From an uncultured Candidatus Saccharibacteria bacterium (GTDB taxonomy: Bacteria > Patescibacteriota > Doudnabacteria > UBA920): a stretch of DNA of 64,000 nt. A program made the translations under genes and the position numbers. Positions 40,914-50,126 of this stretch are shown piece after piece (position 1 is the stretch's first letter; each line of letters begins with the position of its first letter). The stretch covers positions 8,931 through 72,930 of the forward strand of contig CAYSUI010000001.1 of assembly GCA_964434195.1 (NCBI GenBank), given 5' to 3'. The notes under the pieces were generated by a model that did not search any database, was not told where the DNA came from, and worked only from the letters and a program-made list of their open reading frames with translations.

Positions 40914-40936
40914 TTACTGTAACAAAAGGAGGAAAT

Positions 40937-41653
40937 ATGAAAATTCGAATTGGTTTACCGAAGGAAGAAAGACTTAGGAATAAAACTGCTTCTGTGCTTG
41001 AAGCAATAAGCAAAGAGTTTACAAATGAAAGCAGTCCTAGATGTGAGTTAACCACAATTAGAACTGGCGACATGTATACAGACTGCCTTTGCAGGTTTGT
41101 TGATATTGCAATACTGAGCACAGAAGTTTTAGTCGAATCCTCTCTCCAGTTTTCAGGACAGAGAATTCACTTATTTGATACATGCGATAGCCTAACTGTG
41201 GTACCTTTTCCTATTAAGCCTTGGTGGGTTGCGAATTACACATGGAAAGATCGTTATTTTGATAATGCTTTCCATACTGTCGGACCTGGTACTAGTATTG
41301 CGAGCGAATTTCCACTTCTTACACGACACCGTTATTTCTTTACTGATATCTATGCATTTGAGGGATGCGTAGAAGCGAGAGTGGCACAAAAAAATATCGA
41401 ACGACCACTTTGTGGCATGCATGCTTACGGAGTAGGAATTGTAGATTCCGGCAAAACACTAGAGGAGTACAATTTGAAAGTTATAGACTGGATTATGGAA
41501 GTCAGACCCATTTGGATATTTGGAACGCATCTACTCCGTAACCCAAAACCCAGAAAGCTAATAAAAAAACTTCTGTCCTTAAGCGGTAGTAGCTTAGGAA
41601 ATGCTATAGAGATAGAAAGATACAATCCTAACCTCAAACAGTTCTTCAGTTAG
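40937..41653 (+). CDS. Hypothetical protein (238 aa) with weak ATP-phosphoribosyltransferase (HisG)-like motifs (GIVDSGKTLEEYNLK).
   Basis: Start moved to the ATG after AAAGGAGG. HisG resemblance is by memory and low. Confidence 0.4.
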   Translation: MKIRIGLPKEERLRNKTASVLEAISKEFTNESSPRCELTTIRTGDMYTDCLCRFVDIAILSTEVLVESSLQFSGQRIHLFDTCDSLTVVPFPIKPWWVANYTWKDRYFDNAFHTVGPGTSIASEFPLLTRHRYFFTDIYAFEGCVEARVAQKNIERPLCGMHAYGVGIVDSGKTLEEYNLKVIDWIMEVRPIWIFGTHLLRNPKPRKLIKKLLSLSGSSLGNAIEIERYNPNLKQFFS

Positions 41654-41662
41654 TACGCGAAT

Positions 41663-41697
41663 AAAAAAACGTAGCTCTTTTGAGCTACATTTTTTTA
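41663..41697. terminator. Bidirectional terminator: A7, GTAGCTC-tttt-GAGCTAC, T7.
   Basis: Read directly. Confidence 0.55.
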
Positions 41698-41870
41698 TCT
41701 TCAGATTGATTTTTATTATCCTCATCTTCTTGAGCACCATAGACAGGCTCTTGGTCTCTTGGTACCTTCATATTACCCGAACTATCGAAACCATATTCAC
41801 CTGGTTGAAATTGTTTTCTTTCATTATCACTCATATATTTTAGCTAATTATAATTATTTAATAATTACTA

Positions 41871-42461
41871 TTAAAACATTATGTCTTCTTCTGCGCGCTT
41901 GTATTCGTTTATTTCTTTGTCTTCGAACCAGAGACTGATTTCGTTATTTGCCTCTTCTACTGTTTCGCTGGCGTGCATTATGTTGTGGATAGCGCGACCT
42001 TCTACATTGGCTACTGCTGGACTGTCTACCGAATAATCCCCTCTTACAGTTCCCATTTCAGCGAAAACTGGAAGAGTATGACCTGCGAGTTTTCTGACCA
42101 TATCTATAGCATGAATTCCCTGGATAACCATGGCTACTATTGGACCAGATTGCATGTATTCGAACAGAGATTCTTTTACCATTTTACCTAATTCCTTCGG
42201 ATCTCCGGTACCTTGAGCAGCTACTGGGTCTATACCATATTCAGTATAAGTCTTAAGGGTTTTCTGGCCAAGTCTTTCTACCCATTCTTCCGCTTTTGGG
42301 AAATGATTCTCCAAATGAGCCCTGTCTACCTGTGTCATTTTTAGAGCTATAACTTTTAAACCCCTTCTCTCTATTCTTCTAATAACCTCACCGATTAAAC
42401 CTCTTTTTACTCCGTCTGGCTTAACTAATGCTAAAGTTTTTTCTTCTTTAATGTGTTTCAT
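41871..42461 (-). CDS. ndk: Nucleoside diphosphate kinase (with an internal insertion). Start set at MKHIKEEKTLALVKPDG.
   Basis: LALVKPDGV, NIMHASETVEEANNEISLWF. The upstream 44 codons of the listed ORF are basic junk. Confidence 0.8.
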   Translation of the reverse strand: MKHIKEEKTLALVKPDGVKRGLIGEVIRRIERRGLKVIALKMTQVDRAHLENHFPKAEEWVERLGQKTLKTYTEYGIDPVAAQGTGDPKELGKMVKESLFEYMQSGPIVAMVIQGIHAIDMVRKLAGHTLPVFAEMGTVRGDYSVDSPAVANVEGRAIHNIMHASETVEEANNEISLWFEDKEINEYKRAEEDIMF

Positions 42462-42631
42462 TCGTCCAAATTTACTCCGACCTCCGTTACTAGTCCGATG
42501 CAGGACAAGCAACTGCAGTCTACATAAATTTCTCCTCTTCCCAAATTGCTTCTTTCTATGTTTTTTGAAAAATCCCTCTTCGGGCTTTTTCAAACAAACT
42601 CATAGGTAAGCAAGTAATTTGGGAGTTTTAA

Positions 42632-43429
42632 TTATTTGGTTACAATACTTGCTTTGTTTATAACAATTTTTTCTTTTGGGGCGCCGTCGGCTCCGCCCAT
42701 GTAGGGGTTGGGAATTATTTCTGCGTCGCCGATCTTATCTACTACATCTAGGCCTGTGGTTACTTTACCGAAAATTGTGTATTTGTGGTCTAGGGGGTAG
42801 TCTGAGAGTAGAATAAAAAACTGACTAGAGTTGGTGTTTGGACCGCGGTTTGCCATGGCTAGAACACCATGTTTATAACCTGCTTTATAGCTGGGGGTTT
42901 CAGGATTTAATTCATCTTCGAAATCAGCACCAAAAGCACTTATACCACCTGTTCCATCTCCTTTAGGATCTCCGCCTTGGATTACGAATCCTTTGGAGAT
43001 GCGGTGGAAAGTTAGACAATCGTAGAAACCAGAGTTCACGAGTCTTAAGAAATTCTCCACTGCTTTAGGAGCATCTTTCTCGTAGAATTCGAGACCGAGC
43101 TTTCCGTAGCCAGCGACATCTAATTCAACTTTTTGGTTTGCTAGCTCAACTTTTGCTGTCTTAAGCTTATTCTCGTCAAAATTCCTTGTGCAATTGGCCA
43201 TGCTTGTAGGATTTTCTCCAGGAACCTTACCTTGATCGGTTGTATCCTTTGATTCTCCCAAAACATCTCCTGTTGTTGTATCTTCTTTGGTCATTTCCTT
43301 GGATTCTGTTTGTGCGGCTTGCTCTTCTGCTACAGTACCTGACTTTCTTGTACTATTGTAGACGAAAATTCCACCGGCTATTAATAAAAACGCTGCTAGA
43401 GCGTAGACAATTTGGTTTTTGTTATTCAT
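42632..43429 (-). CDS. Cyclophilin-type peptidyl-prolyl cis-trans isomerase with an N-terminal membrane anchor.
   Basis: FHRISKGFVIQGGDP..GTGG..FEDE..HGVLAMAN..NTNSSQFFI. Confidence 0.85.
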   Translation of the reverse strand: MNNKNQIVYALAAFLLIAGGIFVYNSTRKSGTVAEEQAAQTESKEMTKEDTTTGDVLGESKDTTDQGKVPGENPTSMANCTRNFDENKLKTAKVELANQKVELDVAGYGKLGLEFYEKDAPKAVENFLRLVNSGFYDCLTFHRISKGFVIQGGDPKGDGTGGISAFGADFEDELNPETPSYKAGYKHGVLAMANRGPNTNSSQFFILLSDYPLDHKYTIFGKVTTGLDVVDKIGDAEIIPNPYMGGADGAPKEKIVINKASIVTK

Positions 43430-43446
43430 GCTTCTGGATTTAATGC

Positions 43447-44760
43447 TTAACGCTCAGGCATTTTAACATAGTGGTTTTTTTTGCGAAAGACTATAAAAAT
43501 ATAAGCGAAAAACATAAGTAAATAAGAGCAGATTAGGTATGGGATATTTATTGAGAATTGCACTTTTGCTATTTCTACACTACTTATTGAATTTAAAACA
43601 GGAATTATAAACTGTAAGATTAGAGAGGCTAGAAACCCGAATCCATAACCCAAAAATGGGATTAAACTTAAGAAGCCAGTGAGCATTATAATAGGTACTA
43701 CTGGAAGAATAACTAGATTTGCTAATAAGGAGAGAAAGCTAAATGTGCCGAAATAATAGAGCGTAAAGGGTAAGGTGGCAATTGTAGCCGAGAGCGTACT
43801 TGTTATTAAAAGTGCGAGGCTTGAATTTTGATTCTTGAAAACTTTCCCTATGAATGGACTTAAATAAATTATCCCAAGCGTAGCAAGGAAACTTAACTGA
43901 AAACCCGGGTCGTAAAATAGAATTAACGGGTTAAGTAAAACCATAACACCACCGGTAAATAAAATAATAGAACTCTGTGAATATGGCCTGCCTGAAACCC
44001 TCGCCAAACATAGAGCCAGACCCATTATACTTGCGCGCACAACCGAAGCACCAGCTCCTGTTATAAGAGCGAAGATAAACACTAGTAACGCTAGAAAAAT
44101 AAAACTTCTTCTTCTACCTATTAACTTCGCTAACCATTCACCTATTAGAAGCGTAATAATTCCGATATTGTAACCGGAAACCGAAAGAACATGACTTACC
44201 CCACTCTGCCTGAAGGACTCCTTTATTTCTTCTGGAATATTTTTAGCAGACCCTATGAGCATACCCATTACAATCTGATTTTCTGGAAAAGAAATTCTTT
44301 CTTCGATTGTCTCCGTAACATAATGCTTTAGTGAATATATGTAGTGTATTACCCTATTCCCCTGATGTTTTTTTAAGACAATTACTTTTGGATTCTTTAT
44401 GAGCGCAGTCACGTTTTTTGTTTGTAGATAGTGGGGATAGTCGAAGCCGTTGAAGGGTTGGGGTTTTTCTAGCTTACCTTGCACCCAAACTCGATCTCCA
44501 TATTCAAATTTAGCGTAACCTCTGTATTGCAGTAGAATATATTCGGAATAATTGTCTGGCTTCAGGGTAATTAGCTGGAGACTTTTCCTTGCATCTACAT
44601 CTTCTACTATTATTCCGTCTATGCTTACAAAGTTTTGGTACTTACTAGAAAATTGTGTAGTAGTAGTTGGAATATAACCAAAACAAAAAGCCAGGATTGC
44701 CCCGAGCAATATACTGGCTGATGTAATTTTTACTAACATATGCTTGGTCATACCGAGCAT
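43447..44760 (-). CDS. comEC: ComEC/Rec2-like DNA-uptake channel protein (no metallo-beta-lactamase domain).
   Basis: Polytopic. HVLSVSGYNIG competence-domain signature. Confidence 0.6.
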   Translation of the reverse strand: MLGMTKHMLVKITSASILLGAILAFCFGYIPTTTTQFSSKYQNFVSIDGIIVEDVDARKSLQLITLKPDNYSEYILLQYRGYAKFEYGDRVWVQGKLEKPQPFNGFDYPHYLQTKNVTALIKNPKVIVLKKHQGNRVIHYIYSLKHYVTETIEERISFPENQIVMGMLIGSAKNIPEEIKESFRQSGVSHVLSVSGYNIGIITLLIGEWLAKLIGRRRSFIFLALLVFIFALITGAGASVVRASIMGLALCLARVSGRPYSQSSIILFTGGVMVLLNPLILFYDPGFQLSFLATLGIIYLSPFIGKVFKNQNSSLALLITSTLSATIATLPFTLYYFGTFSFLSLLANLVILPVVPIIMLTGFLSLIPFLGYGFGFLASLILQFIIPVLNSISSVEIAKVQFSINIPYLICSYLLMFFAYIFIVFRKKNHYVKMPER

Positions 44761-44788
44761 ATTAGCCTAAGTTTTAAAAGGAATGCAA

Positions 44789-45493
44789 CTAGAGACCAGA
44801 ACTTAATTCCACCTGCTGATAAGCTTCCATTTTTTCTAAAATTGCTTTTTTCAACATTTCTGCATCTGCTTTTTTAAGCCCAGGAATATTAACCTTGTTT
44901 CTACTTGCACCTACAGAGTCGCCGTGCTGATTATAACCTGATGTAAGTCGAAAACTTCTCGTGTCTTCTCCCCCGCTCACACCTGCATTCTCGACAGTGA
45001 GGGAAGCGAGACCTGCGAGCCGATCAAAGAAATCTTGTTTAACATTCACATGCTGAATAACCCCATAAGGGAAGTTGCGCTGTTTTTTTGAAATAACGCC
45101 CTGATGTACGATGAAAAATTCTGGCTCGAGAGAATAATGAAAATTTTTGCGAATAAGTGGGTTGGCTATTAAGTAAATAGGCAACGCAATGAGTAAATAG
45201 ACATTTATACCACCAAAAAGAACCAATAGTAAAAACTGGATGATAATGATAATAATTGGCGCTTTAAATACCCAAAGGGTTGTTATAGGGTAGTTTTTTT
45301 CGGTGATACTTGCACCCGCAATACTGGGTTGCAGAAGACTCGCCTTATTTGGAGAGGTTTGGATTGCACTAAAAACTTCATCTACTAAAGTAGCCTGCCA
45401 ACCTGCCTGCAGAACTTGGTTCTTTATTGACTCCAAAGGTACACCTTTACTAAGTTCACCTTGTACGTAGTTTTGCAAATCTTGATTTACCAT
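44789..45493 (-). CDS. Membrane protein with a bacterial PH (bPH_2/YdbS-like) domain.
   Basis: TM hairpin plus NFPYGVIQHVNVKQDFFDRLAGLASL. Confidence 0.5.
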   Translation of the reverse strand: MVNQDLQNYVQGELSKGVPLESIKNQVLQAGWQATLVDEVFSAIQTSPNKASLLQPSIAGASITEKNYPITTLWVFKAPIIIIIIQFLLLVLFGGINVYLLIALPIYLIANPLIRKNFHYSLEPEFFIVHQGVISKKQRNFPYGVIQHVNVKQDFFDRLAGLASLTVENAGVSGGEDTRSFRLTSGYNQHGDSVGASRNKVNIPGLKKADAEMLKKAILEKMEAYQQVELSSGL

Positions 45494-45494
45494 T

Positions 45495-46109
45495 TTATTG
45501 TATTGGCGTAACTGGTGGGGGTGGTGGTACTGGCACTGGTGGAGGAGGTGGCGTACTCGCGAAACCTGAGTGCTGGGATTGAATATTCCTAACTCTATTT
45601 ATTTTTTCACTAACAGTCTGCAGAAGAAGACCTCTAAGACCGTCGGCTGCTGGCTTTTCTACTCCATCGATATGAGCTTGCATACCTGACGAAATGGTGG
45701 CACTTGAAATATGAACGTCGTAGATACCTAAAATTCTATCGAGTAGATCCTGGTCGACATAAACATCTTGAATACGCTCGTAAGGCATAGTAATTTCTTG
45801 AGGGGTAATTGGGCCTTTTTTTATTACTACATAATTAGCGTCTAGCTCATAGTAATAAGTGGCAAAATACCAACGTTGGTAGAAATATACCGAAAAGAAT
45901 AAAATCGCAGATAGTAAACCAAAAATCACAGTATCCACCACTACTATTGTCATTGTGCTAGTCTCTGATCCAAAGGCTGAAAGAAAGACGAGGGCCCAAA
46001 TTACAAAGAAAGCTACTAAGGGTACTAACGTTCCTCGAATGGTCTTTTTCCAAATTTTTTTATGACTCAGAGGATACATCTCTCTGGTCTTACTCATGGC
46101 TATTTTCAT
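45495..46109 (-). CDS. Membrane protein with a bPH_2/YdbS-like domain, tandem paralog of the downstream gene, with a Pro-rich tail.
   Basis: ITMPYERIQDVYVDQDLLDRILGIYDVHIS. Confidence 0.5.
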   Translation of the reverse strand: MKIAMSKTREMYPLSHKKIWKKTIRGTLVPLVAFFVIWALVFLSAFGSETSTMTIVVVDTVIFGLLSAILFFSVYFYQRWYFATYYYELDANYVVIKKGPITPQEITMPYERIQDVYVDQDLLDRILGIYDVHISSATISSGMQAHIDGVEKPAADGLRGLLLQTVSEKINRVRNIQSQHSGFASTPPPPPVPVPPPPPVTPIQ

Positions 46110-46141
46110 ATTGTTTTTTAATATTTGTTTCTGTACTAATA

Positions 46142-47452
46142 TTATTTATTTAGTTTTTTTTGAATGAAATCTGTTATGTTTTCCAAAGCTACGGACTCTT
46201 CTTCTCTGGAATTAATGTTTTTAACTTTAACCTGTCCTAGTTCTTTTTCCTCGTTACCAAAAATGAGCGCATAACGGATGGATTTGCTTTCGGCGTATTT
46301 AAATTGCTTTGGAAGTTTTTCTTCTTCGTAATAAATTTCAGAACTTATACCGTTGCTTCGTAATTTTTTTAGCATATCTAAATAATCCTCAGTAAGCGAC
46401 TTACTTAAGTTTAGTACCAAACAATCCGCGTTTGTGCCTGTTGGTAGGTTTCCAGCACTTTCTAATGCTTCGAAAAGTCGGTCTATACCTAAACTTGCAC
46501 CTACCGCGGGTAGGGGTTTGTTAGAGAATTGGTCTACTAAGCTATCGTAACGACCGCCGCCGGTTACGGAACCAAACTCTGGTTTGTCTTTTAGAACTAT
46601 TTCGAAAACCATACCCGTGTAGTAGTCTAAACCACGGGCTATAAAAGGATCGAATGCAAGCTTGTCTGCGCTTACCCCAAAACGCATGATGTTTTTCATA
46701 AGTTTTTGAATGTAACCAACCAGAGCTGAGCCTTCTTCAAACTGATTTTGGATTTCGGTGAAAATATTTTGCGAGTCTCGAATACTTAGGAATTTTTCTA
46801 CTTGCTCTAGTAGCTTGCCGGAGATTCCTTGGTTTTTTAGATACTCAAGAACCCCTTCCACTCCTATTTTCTCCACCTTATCTATACCGCGAATTATGGT
46901 AACAATTTGCTCTGGCGAACCTCCGGAAGCATTTTGAAAGATATTGAAAAGCTTACGATCGTTTATACGTGCTTCGAAATTTTTTATACCTAAAGTTTCT
47001 AAAACTTTACAGAAACAAGCTATTATTTCTGCATCTGCTAATTCTGAATCGGTCCCTACTATGTCTACATCGCACTGAATGAATTCACGACTTCTACCTC
47101 TTTGGGTATTTTCTGCTCTCCAAACTGGAGCGATTTGGTATCTCCTAAAAGGATATGTAAGAGTGGATTGATGCTCGGCCACAAATCTTGCTAGGGGTAC
47201 CGTTAGGTCGTAGCGAAGAGCTATTTCTCTTGCTCCATGGTCTGTGAAAGAATACACAAGTTTTTCATCCTCACCATATTTATTTAGTAAAATTTCTTTG
47301 TATTCTAAGGCTGGAGTGTAAATGGGTTCAAAACCAAAGGACTCAAAGACCTCTTGAATCTTATGTAACATTTCCTGTCTGGCTTTTTGTTCCTTAGGAA
47401 AAAAATCACGAAAACCCTTTAGGGTTCGGGGTTCAATCTTGTTTGTTGTCAT
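46142..47452 (-). CDS. hisS: Histidyl-tRNA synthetase.
   Basis: Class II motif 2 FRRYQIAPVWRAENTQRGRSREFIQCDVDIVG and an HisRS-like N-terminus. Confidence 0.9.
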   Translation of the reverse strand: MTTNKIEPRTLKGFRDFFPKEQKARQEMLHKIQEVFESFGFEPIYTPALEYKEILLNKYGEDEKLVYSFTDHGAREIALRYDLTVPLARFVAEHQSTLTYPFRRYQIAPVWRAENTQRGRSREFIQCDVDIVGTDSELADAEIIACFCKVLETLGIKNFEARINDRKLFNIFQNASGGSPEQIVTIIRGIDKVEKIGVEGVLEYLKNQGISGKLLEQVEKFLSIRDSQNIFTEIQNQFEEGSALVGYIQKLMKNIMRFGVSADKLAFDPFIARGLDYYTGMVFEIVLKDKPEFGSVTGGGRYDSLVDQFSNKPLPAVGASLGIDRLFEALESAGNLPTGTNADCLVLNLSKSLTEDYLDMLKKLRSNGISSEIYYEEEKLPKQFKYAESKSIRYALIFGNEEKELGQVKVKNINSREEESVALENITDFIQKKLNK

Positions 47453-47517
47453 GTTATTTATATTTTACCTATTTATTTATAAAAGAAAAAGCGCCTTTGC
47501 TTAAGGCGCTTTTCTTT

Positions 47518-49143
47518 CTACTGATTAACCAAAATAGTATCGAGAGTTTCTTTTTTTCTACGTAGACGTCTATAAACCCACATACCAGCTGTTACAGATG
47601 CGAGCCCTGCAAGCACTAACCAAGAAGACATTGTGGCTTTTTGTAGAGGAGTTGCTGGGCGATCTATATTTTCTGGATAATACCCTCCACTCATATAACG
47701 TGGGATATCTATACTTGCGAATTTAGTTACGGCACTACTGAGTTTTGTGGCAGCGGAAGCAAGAGACTTTGCGGCACCAGTTATGCCTGTTAACGAAGTG
47801 TTAGTAACTGGGGTTTTCCCAGTTGTAACTGCTTGTGTTGCTTTTGTTGTTTTACCTGAATCTTTCGTGTCTGAAGTTTGTTTAGCCTGTGAGACAGTTT
47901 TTGACGTACCTGAATTAGTTGCGCCTAGGTTAGAAACTATTTCTGGTTTTGATTCTTTGGTAGCAGCAACTTTACCAGTTTCTGTGTTTGTCATATTTAT
48001 AGCACCTGAGGGGTTGGTGCTAGTATTCAAATTTTTATCGATCTTCTGATTAGCAGTGCTAATAGATTCTTGCTTTGTGGTTGGTTGATTTTTAGGAGCG
48101 GGAGAATTTGCAGTGTTTTTTGTCGGACTCTTAGAACTGTCATTAGAATTTTGAACAATAACTACTGGACTTACAGGTTGATTAGACTGAGGAGAAACCA
48201 TACCCAAAATACTTAGTATATTGGGAAGCAAAGTAATGATAACCGGTCCCACAAATTTCTTTGCTGCTGATATTATTTTCCCCCATCCATTTATTTCTGT
48301 TCTAGCTTTCTTGGAAGTTTTTAAAACGCCTTCGATATTCTTAGAATTCTTTTTAAAGAACTTGAAGAATGCGGTTATGGATTTTTTTGTAGATTTCCAG
48401 ATTCTTCTCATGAAGCCCGTAGGGGTAACAAGTATTCTATTAAATAGCTTTATAGTCCAACGAGTAGCGTATTTAGCAGAACTTACGAACCGGCCGAGAA
48501 GTCTCGGTAAAGCAGCTCCGGAGATTGCCATATACCCATAACCAGCGATTGCACCTACGGCCAATGCTGAAGCTACTATTACTGTGGTTTTTAATACTAT
48601 AAAGCTTAGCTGTTTAAAGAAAACAGTAAAACTTCCTTGGTTTAAAGCGGTACTAAGCGCGGAGATGTTGCTACCGAAAATCCGGGTGAGTCCAAACCGA
48701 GATTCAATTCTTTGCATGCCTGAGGCAATAGAGTTAAGACTTGGATTCTCTATAGGACTATTCATGAAACGAATAAATCTATCGTAACCTGACCCAATTG
48801 TAGTCGTGACTTTGGAAAATAATTTTCCAAACCAAGATTTTTTTTCTTGCACACCCTGCTTTTCTATAGAAAGATTTTCGGAACTAGAAATTTCTCTGTT
48901 ATAGTTTTGAGTTTTAATATTGGGGACATAGTTTGAACCCGATGCTGATGATTCACCATATTGCTCCATTCCGGGAACCATGTTGGTACTTTGCCCCTGA
49001 GTCATTGGATATACAACTGAGTCTAATGCGAGAACAGTTTGCGCTCCAATTAAGAAGAAGATACCAGCCGAAAGAAGCGTACTTTTAAATAACTTATATT
49101 TTGCGAAATTACGCATATTCTTTAATTTAATTAAGAAAACCAC
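47518..49143 (-). CDS. Surface/membrane-anchored hypothetical protein: signal peptide, a central TM, an S/T/K-rich low-complexity region, a C-terminal TM and a basic tail (RRLRRKK).
   Basis: Translation features. No LPXTG or PEP motif. Confidence 0.45.
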   Translation of the reverse strand: MVFLIKLKNMRNFAKYKLFKSTLLSAGIFFLIGAQTVLALDSVVYPMTQGQSTNMVPGMEQYGESSASGSNYVPNIKTQNYNREISSSENLSIEKQGVQEKKSWFGKLFSKVTTTIGSGYDRFIRFMNSPIENPSLNSIASGMQRIESRFGLTRIFGSNISALSTALNQGSFTVFFKQLSFIVLKTTVIVASALAVGAIAGYGYMAISGAALPRLLGRFVSSAKYATRWTIKLFNRILVTPTGFMRRIWKSTKKSITAFFKFFKKNSKNIEGVLKTSKKARTEINGWGKIISAAKKFVGPVIITLLPNILSILGMVSPQSNQPVSPVVIVQNSNDSSKSPTKNTANSPAPKNQPTTKQESISTANQKIDKNLNTSTNPSGAINMTNTETGKVAATKESKPEIVSNLGATNSGTSKTVSQAKQTSDTKDSGKTTKATQAVTTGKTPVTNTSLTGITGAAKSLASAATKLSSAVTKFASIDIPRYMSGGYYPENIDRPATPLQKATMSSWLVLAGLASVTAGMWVYRRLRRKKETLDTILVNQ

Positions 49144-49207
49144 AATAAAAACCCTATTTCAGGGTTTTTGTTTGCCTATTAATATAGCTTCCTCTAAGAA
49201 TTTTGCA

Positions 49208-49245
49208 AGACTAGTAAAACGCGCGGGCGCGCGATATACTAGTCT
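49208..49245. repeat. GC-cored palindrome copy 2 (AGACTAGTAAAACGCGCG-gg-CGCGCGATATACTAGTCT, right arm imperfect).
   Basis: Read directly. Same family as 1251..1288. Confidence 0.8.
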
Positions 49246-49264
49246 GCTATTAAATTGAAAATTT

Positions 49265-49762
49265 ATGTCTAAAGGATTTTTAGTTGTTGAGATGCTTAAA
49301 ATGTTTGGCTTTGGTGAAGGCGACATGCCCATACCTTTTGAAACCCATTTTGATTATATGCGGAGGATAAGGAAGGACTTATCTGCAAAAAAGCATAGAG
49401 ATATGCTTTACTATCTCAGCAAACAAGGCTTGATAAAATCCAAGACAGTCCATAAGAAGAAATTAATATCTTTAACTAAAAAAGGAGTACTTAAGATTCT
49501 TTATATGAAAGCCTCTGAGGAGACGACCGGACCACGTATAGATGGACTAAAACAATTGATAATTTTCGACATCCCGGAATACCCTTTGGTCCGGAACAAA
49601 CGTGATGTACTGAGAAGGATTCTAAAGAAACTAGAATTCAAAAAACTTCAAGCTAGTGTTTACTACAGGGACAAACCACTTCCACTGGAAGCAAGACAAT
49701 ATCTTAAGGAGTCGGGATTAAATAAATTTATTATTTCCTTGCTAGCTAAATTTGAAAACTAA
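49265..49762 (+). CDS. Short PaaX-like protein: N-terminal winged helix plus a Cas2/VapD-like ferredoxin-fold segment (LIIFDIPE..KRDVLRRILKKLEFKKLQASVYYRD).
   Basis: wHTH-like YYLSKQGLI..LTKKG. The beta-alpha-beta block resembles the Cas2 core and the middle domain of PaaX. The stop codon lies inside palindrome copy 3. Confidence 0.4.
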   Translation: MSKGFLVVEMLKMFGFGEGDMPIPFETHFDYMRRIRKDLSAKKHRDMLYYLSKQGLIKSKTVHKKKLISLTKKGVLKILYMKASEETTGPRIDGLKQLIIFDIPEYPLVRNKRDVLRRILKKLEFKKLQASVYYRDKPLPLEARQYLKESGLNKFIISLLAKFEN

Positions 49763-49793
49763 TAAAACGCGCGGGCGCGCGTTTTATTAGTCT
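49758..49793. repeat. GC-cored palindrome copy 3 (ACTAATAAAACGCGCG-gg-CGCGCGTTTTATTAGT). Overlaps the stop codon of 49265..49762.
   Basis: Read directly. Confidence 0.8.
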
Positions 49794-49859
49794 ATTGCAC
49801 AATCCCCGTCGTTAGTGTATCCTTTTGTGTTTTATACACATTTAAGGGGGATTTGAGAG

Positions 49860-50096
49860 ATGAGTAGTTTAATTAGAACAGGACACGAAGCGTTCTTGGC
49901 GCAGGCGCAAGGTAACGATTCAGTGGTTAGAATTGTAACTTTCTCGGGAGAGAGAAGACTTGGAGTAGTCTCTCTTATCGAAAATGGCACAGTAACTATA
50001 TTGGATTCCAAGGAGCAGGAATCCAGAATTACTATTGATAGAATCGAAATTACTGAACAACTAGATTTTAACGGACTAATGCATGAATGGGACTAG
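49860..50096 (+). CDS. Small beta-rich hypothetical protein (78 aa), possibly an Sm-like or SH3-like barrel.
   Basis: RBS aagggggatttgagagATG. The fold guess is weak. Confidence 0.4.
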   Translation: MSSLIRTGHEAFLAQAQGNDSVVRIVTFSGERRLGVVSLIENGTVTILDSKEQESRITIDRIEITEQLDFNGLMHEWD

Positions 50097-50126
50097 ATAT
50101 GAATACCTCGGATGAGGTTTTTTGTT

